Positions 30,978-41,665 are shown, counted from the stretch's first letter. The stretch is DNA of 64,000 nt from Longimicrobiales bacterium (GCA_965238005.1 OZ250165.1:2848001-2912000), one strand, 5' to 3'. The notes: a model not told the origin generated them from the sequence alone. Made by a program: numbers and translations.

Positions 30978-31250
30978 TCAATCGGCCTGTTTGGCCGAGA
31001 CCCACCGGACCATCCCCCATTTCACGGCCACACCGCCGATGACGACGAAAAGCACGATGAGGTAGCTGGAGAACGGTGCGGGCTCCCGGAGATGAAGAAA
31101 AGTTCAGGATGACAGCGCCATTTTCAAGCCCGTCTCGCCGTTCGATCCCTCCCATACGTGGAACGCGACCGGTACGAACTGTCCGGGCCGGAGCTGAACC
31201 TCCCCGGTTCCGTCCTCGGTCCGGAGCGGCCTGCGGAGCGCGCGCGCGCT
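30978..31250 (-). pseudogene. C-terminal fragment of an ethylbenzene-dehydrogenase-gamma-like heme domain protein with in-frame stop
   Basis: RRPL..VPVAFHVWEGSNGETGLKMALSS*TFLHL followed by a TM helix; TGA sits where Trp is expected. Confidence 0.65.
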
Positions 31251-31356
31251 GCGTCGGACGGTCCGATGGCGTGAGGATCGACTGGAGAATCTGCTGGCTT
31301 CGAGCCACGCCCGCGAGGACTTCGTGGTGACGCGGGCCGCCGGCAGCGCTGCTGGC

Positions 31357-32379
31357 TCAAGCCGCGCCACCAGCGCGTTCATCGTTCAGATGGCAGGCGG
31401 ACAGCCGTGCATCCGCGATCGGCTCGAGCGCCGGCGCCTCGCGCCCACAGCGCTCCATGGCGTAGGGACAGCGCGGATGAAAGTGGCATCCCGGAGGAGG
31501 CGCCAGAGGCGATGGTATCTCGCCCTTCACCGGCTCGAAGCGTCGCCGCCGTGCGCTGAGCCGCGGTACCTCGTTCAACAGCGCCTGGGTGTAGGGGTGG
31601 TTGGGAGCAGCGAACAGCTCTTCCGTGGGCGCGACCTCTATCACGCGACCGAGATACATGATCACCACCCGGTCGGACAGGTGCTCCACCACGCCCAGAT
31701 CGTGGCTGATAAAGAGGTAGGTGAGGCCCAGCTCCTCCCGCAGCTTCATGAGCAGATTCAGCACCTGCGCCTGGATGGAAACGTCGAGGGCCGCCACCGC
31801 CTCGTCGCACACCAGGAACTCGGGCTCCACGGCAAGCGCCCGGGCGACGCAGATGCGCTGGCGCTGCCCGCCGGAGAACTGGTGCGGATAGCGCCGCCTG
31901 TAGATGGGGTCGAGGCCGACGCGGGTCATCACCTCGTCGAGCCGGTCCTCGACCTCGTCCTTGCGCCAGATCCGGTGCACCAGGGGCGCCTCGGCGATGA
32001 TGTCGCGCACGCGCATGCGCGGGTTGAGGGACGCGAACGGATCCTGGAAGATCATCTGGACGTTGAGCATATAGGTCCTGAGTTCGGCGGGCGCCATCTC
32101 CGCCACCGCCTTTCCGCGGTAGAGGAGGCGGCCCTCGGTGGCCGTCAGAATGCCGGCGACCACGCGCCCCAGGGTCGACTTGCCGCAACCCGACTCGCCG
32201 ACGAGGCCCACCACCTCGCCCGGGCGCACCGCCAGGTCCACGCCGTCCACGGCATGCACCGTCTCCTCCCGTATCCCCGCGCCCAGGCGCGCCGCCAGCT
32301 TCGCCGCGACATCCAGCCGGCGCACGAAGCGCTTGGAGACCCTCTCGAGCTCGATCAGCGGTGCCGCGGGCGCGCTCAT
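31357..32379 (-). CDS. Peptide ABC transporter ATPase (OppF/DppF-like)
   Basis: GESGCGKST, FSGGQRQR, DEAVAALD, HPYT, GCHFHPRCP. Confidence 0.95.
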   Translation of the reverse strand: MSAPAAPLIELERVSKRFVRRLDVAAKLAARLGAGIREETVHAVDGVDLAVRPGEVVGLVGESGCGKSTLGRVVAGILTATEGRLLYRGKAVAEMAPAELRTYMLNVQMIFQDPFASLNPRMRVRDIIAEAPLVHRIWRKDEVEDRLDEVMTRVGLDPIYRRRYPHQFSGGQRQRICVARALAVEPEFLVCDEAVAALDVSIQAQVLNLLMKLREELGLTYLFISHDLGVVEHLSDRVVIMYLGRVIEVAPTEELFAAPNHPYTQALLNEVPRLSARRRRFEPVKGEIPSPLAPPPGCHFHPRCPYAMERCGREAPALEPIADARLSACHLNDERAGGAA

Positions 32380-33362
32380 GCCTCGACGGACTCCAGGTGC
32401 GGGTGAAAGCAGGCGGCCAGACGGCCCGGCGCGTGCGCGATCATGTCAGGCACGAGATTGCAGGCGTCAGAGGCGCGGGGGCAGCGCGCGCGAAACGCGC
32501 AGCCTACGGGCAAGCTCCGAAGCGACGGCGCCATGCCGGGGATCTGTTGAAGACGCCGGCCGCGTGTGTTGTTGCTGGGCACCGAGCCGATGAGGCCCAC
32601 CGTATAGGGGTGGAGCGGCCTGTCCAGGACGTCGTCCACCCCGCCCTGCTCGACGATCCTGCCCGCGTACATGACGCAGACGTTGTCGGCGAGCCCGGCA
32701 ATCACCGAGAGGTCGTGGGTGATCCAGATGAGAGCGGTGCCGTGCTCCCGGCACAGCTTCTGCACCTCGAACAGGATCTGCGCCTGTATCGTCACGTCAA
32801 GAGCCGTCGTGGGCTCGTCGGCGATGATCAGATCCGGGCGATGCAGCATGGCGATGGCGATGGCGACGCGCTGGCGCATGCCGCCGGAGAACTGGTGCGG
32901 ATAGGCCTTGAGACGCTCGTCCGGCGAGGCGATCCCCACCATGGACAGTGCCTCGCGGCAGCGTTCGCGGGCCGTCTCACGGCCGACGGCCGTGTGCGCC
33001 AGGACCGCCTCCATCATCTGCGTATCGATCCTGAGGACGGGGTTGAGGGTCATCATCGGGTCCTGGAAGATCATCGCGATCCGGGCGCCGCGCAGGCCGC
33101 GCAGGCACTCCTCGGGCGCCGCGACCAAGTCATCGCCGTGGAACAGAATGCGGCCCTCGACGATGCGGCCCGGCGAGTCCACGAGGCCGAGGATGGAGAA
33201 GCCTGTCACCGACTTTCCCGAGCCGGACTCCCCCACGAGGCCCAGGATCTCTCCTCGATCCACGGAAAAGTTCACCCCATCCACCGCGCGCACGACGCCG
33301 TCGCGGGTGAAGAAGTGCGTTCTGAGGTCGTGGACCTCGAGTGTGGGCGCGCCACCGCTCAC
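32376..33362 (-). CDS. Peptide ABC transporter ATPase (OppD/DppD-like)
   Basis: GESGSGKS, FSGGMRQR, DEPTTALD, GCAFRARCP. Confidence 0.95.
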   Translation of the reverse strand: MSGGAPTLEVHDLRTHFFTRDGVVRAVDGVNFSVDRGEILGLVGESGSGKSVTGFSILGLVDSPGRIVEGRILFHGDDLVAAPEECLRGLRGARIAMIFQDPMMTLNPVLRIDTQMMEAVLAHTAVGRETARERCREALSMVGIASPDERLKAYPHQFSGGMRQRVAIAIAMLHRPDLIIADEPTTALDVTIQAQILFEVQKLCREHGTALIWITHDLSVIAGLADNVCVMYAGRIVEQGGVDDVLDRPLHPYTVGLIGSVPSNNTRGRRLQQIPGMAPSLRSLPVGCAFRARCPRASDACNLVPDMIAHAPGRLAACFHPHLESVEA

Positions 33363-33620
33363 GCCTTGAGCCTCGGGTTCAGCATATTGCGGAGCTGGTC
33401 GCCCACCAGGTTGATGCTGACGATGGTGATGACCAGCGCGATGCCGGGGAAGAAGCAGATCCAGCAGCGGCCCGGCAGCACGTACTCGAAGCCGTTGCGA
33501 ATGAACATGCCCAGCTCGGTTCGGTCTGCGGGACGCCGAGGCCGAGGATCGCCGCCAGCGTGAGCGCCACCAGGATCGCGGGGAAGCTCAACTGGAGGTC
33601 GACCAGGCGCATGGGCAGAC
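33359..33620 (-). pseudogene. DppC-like permease remnant (5' loss, internal deletion, frameshift)
   Basis: MRLVDLQLSFPAIL..LGLGVP and INLVGDQLRNMLNPRL lie in two frames; similar to 39397..40320. Confidence 0.85.
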
Positions 33621-33654
33621 TCTGCAGGTGGCCCCGGAAATAAGCGGCGGTGAG

Positions 33655-33805
33655 CCATCTACGGCAACATGCTAGCCGGCGACGACATCGCCGAAAACGT
33701 CAACTTCGTCGTGCCGTACCGCCGCACGTCAACATTGACACGATAGAAGTCATGCCGACGGAGCATCGCACTGCCGGCTTACGGTACGGCTCACCAGAGA
33801 CGTAA
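33655..33805 (+). pseudogene. C-terminal fragment of an SDR (YdfG-like)
   Basis: LAGDDIAENVNFVV and PHVNIDTIEVMPT with a frameshift between them. Confidence 0.55.
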
Positions 33806-33818
33806 CGCGGCGCGCGTC

Positions 33819-35672
33819 TCATCGCACGCAGATCGGCAAAGAGACGTGCGACGCCGCAGCCGCCGACCGCAGGATCCGGAGTCGGGGCGGCCGGCCGTCG
33901 GGGATGCGCGAGAAATGGTCTCGGTCGGCGGCCGCGATCGCGACGCGGATGCGGTGTCCGCGCGCAAATAGGTAAGAGGTCGGAAAGAGCTCGAACGCGA
34001 GCATCTCGGGCTCGTCTGGCGTCATAAGGCGCGCATCGGCGTGCGTGAACGTGTGCGTCGGTCCGGTCGCCGGGATCGTCGGCGGATTAGGGCCAGGCTG
34101 GCGGTGGAGCGCGCGGAATACACCTTCCGTCACATAGCGGCAACGGCCGGCGGGATCAACATCCGCTAGATAGACGAAGAGCGCGGCGTCGAGCTCGGAC
34201 GCGGTGAGATGCAGGTGCGCGGTAGGATGGCCGGTGACCTCCGTTGGCGCGTCGAGCGGCGCGCCGGTGTAGGTCAGCATACGCGCGTCGCGGCCGTGCC
34301 AGTCGTCGTAATAGGTCTCGACGAGGGCCCCATGCAGGCGGTCGTAGCGGGTGTGGGCGCCGGTGCCGCACCCATAGTCGGCGAGATAGGTGTCTGCCGC
34401 GTCCGCGGAGGTCGGTGGCTGAAGCGATAGGCCGCCGGCTTCGGCAAAATAGAACGGCGTCTGATGAGCCTGCGGAGGTGGCCACGTGTCTGCGGCGCGC
34501 CAGCATTCGGCCGCCATCGTGTAGTAGTGCACTGGCGATTCGGCGGCGAGGCCCGCGTCGCTGGCTTTCAGGTGTAGGTCGAAAAAGCGCACGTATTCGC
34601 CCATTAGGTTGAAGCGTGGCGTCTGTTCCGACCGCCACGGGCTGACATTGGTGCGGGCGGCGTGGTCCCAGGGGCCGATCAGGAGCCTCGTTGCCGGGTT
34701 CTCGAGCCACAGGAAGCGCTGGACGGCGCCCGTCGCGAAGCCGCCGCCGTCCAGCCAGCCGGAGACGCAGTAGTATGCGGTCTGCGCGTCGACGGCGCGG
34801 CTGGCGTAGCCGTAGGGGCTGATGGCGGCGCTGGTATAGTCCGGGTTGTCGCTCAGCCCGGCATCACGGAAACGTAACTGTTGCGTGAAATCGGCGAAGT
34901 TGTAGTTGGCAGCATGCTCGGCCAACGCCGCGGCCAAGGCCGTACCGTCGGGGTCGTCGTCGACCGGTGCTGGGCCGTCATGATCGGCGCCGTCGAAAAG
35001 GTGGAACTGCTCCATCAGCGCGCGGTCGTCGAGGTCGAGGGCGCGGCTCATCGTGTCGTAGCTGACGAGCAGGTTGGTCATCAGCACGCCACCCGGATAG
35101 TGGTGGTTCGACCACGTGTCCCACACGGCAAAGCACGGGATCACTGCCTTGACGGCCGGATGACCCGTTGACGCGAGGAAGTCGGCGGCAGCGCCGGAGT
35201 AGGAGATCCCGACGGACCCGATGCGCCCGTCGCACCAGGACTGCGCGACGATCCAGTCGGCGATGTTGTAATAGTCCAGCCGCTCGCGCGGGGAGCGGAA
35301 TCCGTCGCGTGTGCCGAACGAGGCGCCGCAGCCACGAATGTCCACGACGACAAACGCGTAGCCGCGCGGCACGAAGGCATCGCGGAACCGCGCCGTACTG
35401 GGGCTGGGCTCGGTCTCGGGCGCATGGCCGGGCCGTAGGCGGAGGCGCCGGTAGTAGGGCGTGAACAGCACGATAGCGGGCAGCGGTCCGTCCGCACCCT
35501 GCGGCAGATGCACGTCGACGGCGAGTCGCGTTCCGTCGCGCACCGGCACATAGCGCGACCACCGCCGCACGCCGGCGTACGGCGGTGGATGAGCGGCGAG
35601 ATATTCGTCGGGCGTGACGAGCCACGCCTCGGCGCCTTCACCCTGTCTGATCGAGCCGGCCACGAGTGTCAC
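33819..35672 (-). CDS. CocE/NonD-family hydrolase
   Basis: RDGTRLAVD, TPYYR, DIRGCGASFG, GISYSG, IGPWDH, PepX-like C-terminal domain. Confidence 0.93.
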   Translation of the reverse strand: MTLVAGSIRQGEGAEAWLVTPDEYLAAHPPPYAGVRRWSRYVPVRDGTRLAVDVHLPQGADGPLPAIVLFTPYYRRLRLRPGHAPETEPSPSTARFRDAFVPRGYAFVVVDIRGCGASFGTRDGFRSPRERLDYYNIADWIVAQSWCDGRIGSVGISYSGAAADFLASTGHPAVKAVIPCFAVWDTWSNHHYPGGVLMTNLLVSYDTMSRALDLDDRALMEQFHLFDGADHDGPAPVDDDPDGTALAAALAEHAANYNFADFTQQLRFRDAGLSDNPDYTSAAISPYGYASRAVDAQTAYYCVSGWLDGGGFATGAVQRFLWLENPATRLLIGPWDHAARTNVSPWRSEQTPRFNLMGEYVRFFDLHLKASDAGLAAESPVHYYTMAAECWRAADTWPPPQAHQTPFYFAEAGGLSLQPPTSADAADTYLADYGCGTGAHTRYDRLHGALVETYYDDWHGRDARMLTYTGAPLDAPTEVTGHPTAHLHLTASELDAALFVYLADVDPAGRCRYVTEGVFRALHRQPGPNPPTIPATGPTHTFTHADARLMTPDEPEMLAFELFPTSYLFARGHRIRVAIAAADRDHFSRIPDGRPPRLRILRSAAAASHVSLPICVR

Positions 35673-35689
35673 GCGTCCAGCTGGTTCTT

Positions 35690-35820
35690 GTGGAACGCAC
35701 CGCCGGCATGGCGGAGGGTGGTGAAGCCGCGGTCGAGGATGGCGCGCATGGTAGCGACCGCGCCCGCCACCATCAGCGTCAGCGGCACCTCAGCCAGCTT
35801 CCGCACTTGAGCTCGGACGC
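35690..35820 (-). pseudogene. Internal fragment of a metal-dependent amidohydrolase
   Basis: MRAILDRGFTTLRHAGGA motif only. Confidence 0.6.
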
Positions 35821-35948
35821 TCGACGACAAGGCCGTTGCGGAACACGATTGGCACCGCCATTTAGGAATCCCCCGGCGTTTTGCTACCGTTCTATGCGGT
35901 GATCCGTCGTGTTTGGCCAGCCGCCGCCGGCGCCAAAGCGAAAGAGTA

Positions 35949-35977
35949 GTATACTGTATCCAGTTGATTGTCAAAAA
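35949..35977 (-). promoter_or_regulatory. Sigma70-type promoter with putative operator
   Basis: Minus strand reads TTTTTGACAATCAACTGGATACAGTATAC; same layout as 41741-41771. Confidence 0.6.
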
Positions 35978-36074
35978 CCGCTTGGCCGGTTGTGTAGCCT
36001 TGTCGGCGATTGACTCGTCCTCCAAACCTCCCAAAGATGGACAGCGAGAATGCAACCATGAGGAGAATGCAACA

Positions 36075-36923
36075 ATGATTAGGTCCAGCGTCGCGATCGC
36101 CGACAAGCATCCGAGGCTGAAGGCCCCCGCGGGCGCCTGCGATACGCATATGCATTTCTATGACGCCAAGTACCCGAGTGCACCGAATGCCATAATCACG
36201 CCGCCAGACGCCCGGATCGCCGACTACCGCAAGGTTCAGGAGCGCTTGGGCCTGCAAAGGGTCGTCGTAGTTCAGCCGTCTACCTACGGCCTCGACAACG
36301 CCTGCCAACTCGAGGCCATGAAGGGCTTCGGCGCCGACGCCCGAGGAGTCATGGTTGCCAACCGCAGCACCTCGGACGCAGAACTCGACCGGCTCACCAG
36401 ACTAGGTGTCCGCGGTGTCTTCTTTCTCATGCTGCAGCACGGCGCGCTGCAGTGGGACATCCTGGAGGAGATGGCGGCGCGGGTGCATACCTTCGGCTGG
36501 CATGTCCAGCTTCAGATGAATGGCCGCGCTTTCCCCGAGCGCCTGGCCATGCTCAAACGCCTGCCGGGCACCCTGGTCATCGACCACGTGGGACGGTTCA
36601 TGGGGCCGGTGACGATCGATCATCCCAGCTTCAAAGCCCTTCGCGAGCTGATCGATGGGGGGCGGTGTTGGGTCAAGCTGTCGGCGGCCTATGCATTTTC
36701 GGAGGAAGGACCGCCGAGATATAGCGATACTGCGGCGCTAGCCAGAGTTCTTGTCCAATCCGCGCCCGAACGTATGCTGTGGGGCAGCAACTGGCCGCAC
36801 CCCAACGTAGAGTTCCCGCCCGACGATGCGGATCTGTTGGATCTACTTCTCGACTGGGTGGAAGGCGACACAATCCGGGACCGCATCCTCGCCTACAATC
36901 CTGCCGAACTCTACGGCTTTTGA
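36075..36923 (+). CDS. Amidohydrolase_2-family lactonase/isomerase (LigI/Gli-like)
   Basis: GACDTHMH, VVVQPSTYGLDN, GWHVQ, VIDHVG, WVKLSA, WGSNWPH; AGGAG RBS. Confidence 0.9.
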   Translation: MIRSSVAIADKHPRLKAPAGACDTHMHFYDAKYPSAPNAIITPPDARIADYRKVQERLGLQRVVVVQPSTYGLDNACQLEAMKGFGADARGVMVANRSTSDAELDRLTRLGVRGVFFLMLQHGALQWDILEEMAARVHTFGWHVQLQMNGRAFPERLAMLKRLPGTLVIDHVGRFMGPVTIDHPSFKALRELIDGGRCWVKLSAAYAFSEEGPPRYSDTAALARVLVQSAPERMLWGSNWPHPNVEFPPDDADLLDLLLDWVEGDTIRDRILAYNPAELYGF

Positions 36924-37034
36924 TTCCCCCATCTCGCGGCGTTCAGTGCAAGCGTGGGATCTTCTTCCTCTTCAACGAAGCGGACGGAAAGGATCGAATT
37001 CCCAAGTTCGAGTTATGACATTGGCACCGCAAGG

Positions 37035-37408
37035 GCATTTCCTTTCCACCCTAAATGCACGTAATTCGGAGATTATGCGCGCTCGAAACCCTTGAATGCT
37101 GTTCCCTGCGCGCCCCGGCAACGTTCACAGTGCCGATGACTGGGAAAACGTGCTGAAGCCAGTTGTCGTTCGCTACAAGGGGCGGAAGATGCGATCCAAT
37201 TCCGGGCGACGCGCATTGCCTCAGCGCGGTCTCGGAGGGGAAATGACGGGAGAGGTGTTTCCGAGGCGGAGATGATCGCCGAAATTGAGAAAAGAAGGCG
37301 GTTCGGGCCGCCAAGCTCTCCGCAGGGTCCGCAAGAAACGTCATGCCTGAATCCCTTGTGGGATTGGGTGCGACACAGATCGGTTTGGTGTCATCTGGGA
37401 AATGTTGG
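37035..37408 (+). mobile_element. Internally deleted IS1380-family remnant
   Basis: Residual peptide PGNVHSADDWENVLKPVVVRY; end sequence CATCTGGGAAATGTTGG resembles IS1380 right ends (from memory). Confidence 0.65.
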
Positions 37409-37423
37409 GGATAAAGCGAAGGA

Positions 37424-38377
37424 GTGCGTACGGTGACGACGATACGACGGTTGGCCATGACCACCCTAACCAATGGTATGGAACTGGCCCTGCACATTAA
37501 CGAAATTGCGGGTACACAGGGCGATGGGCCGACTCTGGGCATCTCGGCGGCCATCCACGGCGACGAGCCGACCGGTACCCACATGGTCCTGGAACTCGCC
37601 CGCCGCTATGGCGGCGGCGACTTTCGCGGTCGGCTGATGCTTCTGCCGGTGGCCAATCCTCTGGCCTTCGAGGCAAACAGGCGCAACACGCCGCTCGATG
37701 CGGAGAACATGAACCGGATCTTCCCGGGCGATGTTGGCGGCCGGATCACCGAGCAGCTGGCAGCGCTGATCACCGCCGAGTTCCTGGATAGGATCGACGT
37801 CTATGTCGATATTCACACGGCCGCCCAGCCGACCGTCGACTACGTCTTCATCTTCAACGCCGAGGACCTGTCGCGCAGCTTCGGGTCCCGCGTCCTCTAC
37901 CGTCCCCAAGCGGGCCGTTCCGGCGCTGTCTACGAGGGTGTATCCACATCGGTGACCCTGGCCCGCGGCGTGCCGTCGGTGACGGTCGAGCTGGGCGGCG
38001 GCCTGATCGACCAGAGCCCGTACGTCGCGCGCGGAGTCCCTGGCATCGAGAACATCATGCGCACCCTTGGCATGCTAGACGGCGAGCCCACGCGGCGGCC
38101 GGAACAGATCGTCGTTCGCGGCATGGCCATGGTGCGCCCCAAGGCCGGCGGGTTCCTGTATACGGAGGCGCCGCCGCTCGGCAAGGAGATCGCCGGCGGG
38201 GCGATCCTCGGCCGGGTGGTCAGCCCGTATACATTCGAGGAGCTGGAGGTGATCCCGAACCCCGTCGACCAGGGGATCATGATCCTCTCGCATCTGACCA
38301 CCGACCTGGTGCAACCGGGCGAGGACGGTTACATGGTCGGCGACCTGGCGGGGTGCGAGCGCTCGGGCGGGGTCTAG
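37424..38377 (+). CDS. Succinylglutamate desuccinylase/aspartoacylase-family (M14) deacylase
   Basis: IHGDE, ANPLAF, NMNRIFPG, DIHT, VELGG. Confidence 0.9.
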   Translation: MRTVTTIRRLAMTTLTNGMELALHINEIAGTQGDGPTLGISAAIHGDEPTGTHMVLELARRYGGGDFRGRLMLLPVANPLAFEANRRNTPLDAENMNRIFPGDVGGRITEQLAALITAEFLDRIDVYVDIHTAAQPTVDYVFIFNAEDLSRSFGSRVLYRPQAGRSGAVYEGVSTSVTLARGVPSVTVELGGGLIDQSPYVARGVPGIENIMRTLGMLDGEPTRRPEQIVVRGMAMVRPKAGGFLYTEAPPLGKEIAGGAILGRVVSPYTFEELEVIPNPVDQGIMILSHLTTDLVQPGEDGYMVGDLAGCERSGGV

Positions 38378-38462
38378 GTGTCGTTGCCATGAGGGTTGTT
38401 CATCCGAGGGCTGGGTGTGAGGCTGTTGACGTGAACATCCTGTGGCACGAGGAAATTTCGCC

Positions 38463-39212
38463 ATGATCGTTACCGACCTTTCAGGCAAGACGGCCATCGT
38501 CACCGGCGGCGCCTCCGGCATGGGGCTCGCGGCGGCGGGGCTTCTGCACGAGGCGGGGGTGAGTGTGGCCGTTAATTTCCTCCCCGACGATCCGCGGGGG
38601 CCGGAGGCGGTGGCCCGCCTCGGCGACGACACCATCGCCGCGCCGGGCGACGTGGCGGACCCCGAGGACGCCGGGAGCATGATCGGGACGGCGATCGCCG
38701 GCCTCGGGCGGCTCGACATCCTGATCAACAACGCCGGCACCCCGGCGACCGACGCGCCGATCCCGTTTGCCGATTTCGACGCCCTGACCGAGGCCCAATG
38801 GCAGGCGATTCTTTCGACCAAGCTGATTGGCGCGTTCCGCTGCGTCCGTGCCGCCGCCCCGGCGCTGACAGAGGCCGGCGGCTGCGTCGTCAACACCGCC
38901 TCCATATCGGGGTTCGGCGGCACCGCCAGCAGCCTCGCCTATGCGGCGAGCAAAGCGGCATTGATCAACCTGACCCGCAATCTCGCCAAGGCCCTGGCGC
39001 CCGGCGTGCGAGTTAACGCTGTGGCGCCCGGCCTGACCCGGACCCCATGGACCGACCCTTGGCCCGAGGAACGCAAGCGCGGCCCGCTGGCCTCCACCAT
39101 GCTGGGGCGCATGGTGGAGGCGGAGGAGATCGCCCATGCCATGATGTTCCTGTGCACCAACCGGGCGGTAACCGGGCAGACGGTGGTGGTCGACTGCGGG
39201 CTCATGTTCTGA
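38463..39212 (+). CDS. Short-chain dehydrogenase/reductase
   Basis: TGGASGMG, NNAG, YAASK, VNAVAPG. Confidence 0.93.
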   Translation: MIVTDLSGKTAIVTGGASGMGLAAAGLLHEAGVSVAVNFLPDDPRGPEAVARLGDDTIAAPGDVADPEDAGSMIGTAIAGLGRLDILINNAGTPATDAPIPFADFDALTEAQWQAILSTKLIGAFRCVRAAAPALTEAGGCVVNTASISGFGGTASSLAYAASKAALINLTRNLAKALAPGVRVNAVAPGLTRTPWTDPWPEERKRGPLASTMLGRMVEAEEIAHAMMFLCTNRAVTGQTVVVDCGLMF

Positions 39213-39396
39213 TGCCGGCGCTGGCCGCGGCGGCTCAGGAGATCAGCAGCTTCCCCAAGGCGCGGATATCGGGAACCGCCTGCACAGACCACGCCTTGTG
39301 CATGAGCTCGACCGCAGGCGCCGCGCCGGCGACGGGTGCCCGATCGAGGGGCGTGTCGCGCTTCGAGGCCCTGATCCGCGGATGTCTCCTACGGGC

Positions 39397-40320
39397 CTAG
39401 TGCATCAGTCGTGGGTTCAGCACGTCGCGCAACTGATCACCCACCAGGTTGATGGATACGATGGCGATGAGGAGCGCGAACCCCGGGAACAGACTGATCC
39501 AGTAACGGCCGCTGAGCATGTAATCGAATCCGTTGGCGATGAGGAGGCCCAGGGATGGCTCCGTCGGAGGAACGCCGAGGCCGAGGAAGGACAGTGTGGC
39601 TTCGAGCGTGATGGAATGGGCAATCTGAACGGTTGCGACGACGATCAGCGGCGGCGCGCAGTTGGGCAGCAAGTGGCGGAAGACGATACGCCACTGCCCA
39701 AGGGCGAGACATGCTGCCGCATCCATGTATTCCCGGCTTCGCTCGACCAGCGCGCTGGCGCGCACCGTCCGGCAGTAATATGCCCATTGGACCGTCACGA
39801 GGGCGATGATCACCTTATCCACGCCCTGTCCCAGGAGCGCGAGTAAAATGAGGGCCACCAGAATAGTGGGGAAGCTCAACTGCGAATCGACGATCCGCAT
39901 GATGACCATGTCCACCTTGCCGCCGAAGTAGGCCGCAGAAAGCCCGGCGGTCACGCCCACGCCGAGCGCGAGGAAGCCGCTCATTCCGCCGACGAAAAGG
40001 CTTGTCCGCAGTCCGTAGAATATGGCGCTCAGCATGTCGCGCCCCTGGCCGTCCGTGCCCAGCCAGTAGGTCATGCCGCTGTAGGCCTTGGAGCCGGGCG
40101 GGAGTCGATTGTTCAAGATATCGAGCTTCGCCAGGTCGTAAGGGTCCGTCGGAGATATCCAGGGCGCGAAGAGCGCGATGAACAGTAGCGCGAGAAACAC
40201 AAAGAAACCCACCAACGCGAGCTTGCTTTCAGAGTAATCCGCCAGGAAGCGGCGAAACGGACTCTCGCTGGTCAGCGGGACTGAGGTGCCGGTCGAAGGC
40301 GTTGGCGATATTGCGCTCAT
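39397..40320 (-). CDS. Peptide ABC transporter permease (DppC-like)
   Basis: LGTDGQGRD, RHLLPN, LSFLGLG. Confidence 0.95.
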   Translation of the reverse strand: MSAISPTPSTGTSVPLTSESPFRRFLADYSESKLALVGFFVFLALLFIALFAPWISPTDPYDLAKLDILNNRLPPGSKAYSGMTYWLGTDGQGRDMLSAIFYGLRTSLFVGGMSGFLALGVGVTAGLSAAYFGGKVDMVIMRIVDSQLSFPTILVALILLALLGQGVDKVIIALVTVQWAYYCRTVRASALVERSREYMDAAACLALGQWRIVFRHLLPNCAPPLIVVATVQIAHSITLEATLSFLGLGVPPTEPSLGLLIANGFDYMLSGRYWISLFPGFALLIAIVSINLVGDQLRDVLNPRLMH

Positions 40321-41294
40321 GCCTGTACCCTCGCGAGCCTGACCCGGGGATCCAAAAATACATACAGGATGTCGACGACAAGGTTGATGAAGATAAACAT
40401 GAGGACCGTGATCATGAGGTAGGCCACGATAATCGGTCGATCGAGAAGCTGGATGGAATCGATGATCAGCTTGCCCATGCCCGGCCAGGCGAAGATTGTC
40501 TCTGTTACGACCGCGAAAGCGATCACCGAGCCGAACTCGAGACCGAGAATCGTTACCACCGGAATCAAGATGTTCTTGAGCACGTGGGTGAAAAGCACCC
40601 GTCTCTCCCGGAGACCCTTGGCGCGCGCGAATTTTATGTAATCCATGGGCAGTGTCTCCCGCATGCCGGCCCGGGTCACGCGGACGACCAGCGACAGCTG
40701 GAAAAGAGCCAGATTGATCGCCGGCAGGATCAGGTGGGACAGGCCATCAAGCGTCAAGAAGCTGACCCGAACGCCGAACAGTGGAACGGTGTCGCCCCTG
40801 CCTGTCGACGGCAGCCACCCCAACTCGACAGAGAACAACATGATCAGGATGATCCCCACCCAGAAGCTCGGCATACTGAAGCCGAGGATGGAGCCAGCCA
40901 TGATCGTCCGTGCCGAAAAGGCGTCGGGCTTCAGACCCGCCCACATTCCCAAAGGAACGCCAAACGTGACTGCTATCAGCATGGCGAACAGGGCCAACTC
41001 CAAGGTGGCCGGCATCCTTTGCACGATGAGGTCCATCGCGGAGACACCGAACACGAAGGACTTCCCCATGTTCCCGCCAATGGCGTTCTTTAGAAAGATG
41101 ATATACTGCTCCCATATGGGATGATCGAGACCGAGGGCCTTGACGGCCGCCTCGTAGCACGCTTGGCCACAGTCCGGCGATACGAGAATGTCCACCGGAT
41201 TTCCAATGACGTTGACGCCGAAAAACACGATCAACGTCATGACGAAGACCACCAAGACGCTTTGCGATAAGCGGCCGATGATAAAGACCGTCAA
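40317..41294 (-). CDS. Peptide ABC transporter permease (DppB-like)
   Basis: PATLEL, FARAKGL, HVLKN, ETIFAWPGMG; TTG start after GGAGGG is likely. Confidence 0.93.
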   Translation of the reverse strand: MTVFIIGRLSQSVLVVFVMTLIVFFGVNVIGNPVDILVSPDCGQACYEAAVKALGLDHPIWEQYIIFLKNAIGGNMGKSFVFGVSAMDLIVQRMPATLELALFAMLIAVTFGVPLGMWAGLKPDAFSARTIMAGSILGFSMPSFWVGIILIMLFSVELGWLPSTGRGDTVPLFGVRVSFLTLDGLSHLILPAINLALFQLSLVVRVTRAGMRETLPMDYIKFARAKGLRERRVLFTHVLKNILIPVVTILGLEFGSVIAFAVVTETIFAWPGMGKLIIDSIQLLDRPIIVAYLMITVLMFIFINLVVDILYVFLDPRVRLARVQA

Positions 41295-41399
41295 TTCCTT
41301 GTTCCCTCCCTTCATGCCACGCGCGGCGCGCTGGCCTCCAATGGCCGGCTGCCGCCTGCGGAAACTGGTTTCCTGTTCGACTTATGACATCCCGGAGCT

Positions 41400-41665
41400 C
41401 TTCCCCATTATCTGTTGCGGTCGGGGAGGCCGTGTCAATCCCCGTCCTTGACATGATTGGGCTCACGGTTGCCGCGTTGCAGGCGCTGGATTCCAGGCCG
41501 CGCACGATCGGTATCCTGGCGTCTCCGGGGGTCCGCCTCGCCGGCTTGGTCGAGGCGAAGTGCCGGGCGGCCAATCTCGCGATCGTCTACCCGGAGGGCG
41601 CCGACTACAGCGTCGTTCTCGACGTCTTTTGCGCCGCCAAGGCAGGAGGCGTCAGGTGTCGGTAG
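41400..41665 (+). pseudogene. Fragment of an Asp/Glu racemase
   Basis: AVSIPVLDMI..IGILASPG..IVYP; both catalytic Cys regions missing. Confidence 0.6.

Noticed and set aside
31104..31106. In-frame TGA here and at 12543 as selenocysteine or recoding
   Set aside because: Positions correspond to Trp and Lys/Arg rather than Cys, and intact genes in the window use TGA as a stop.
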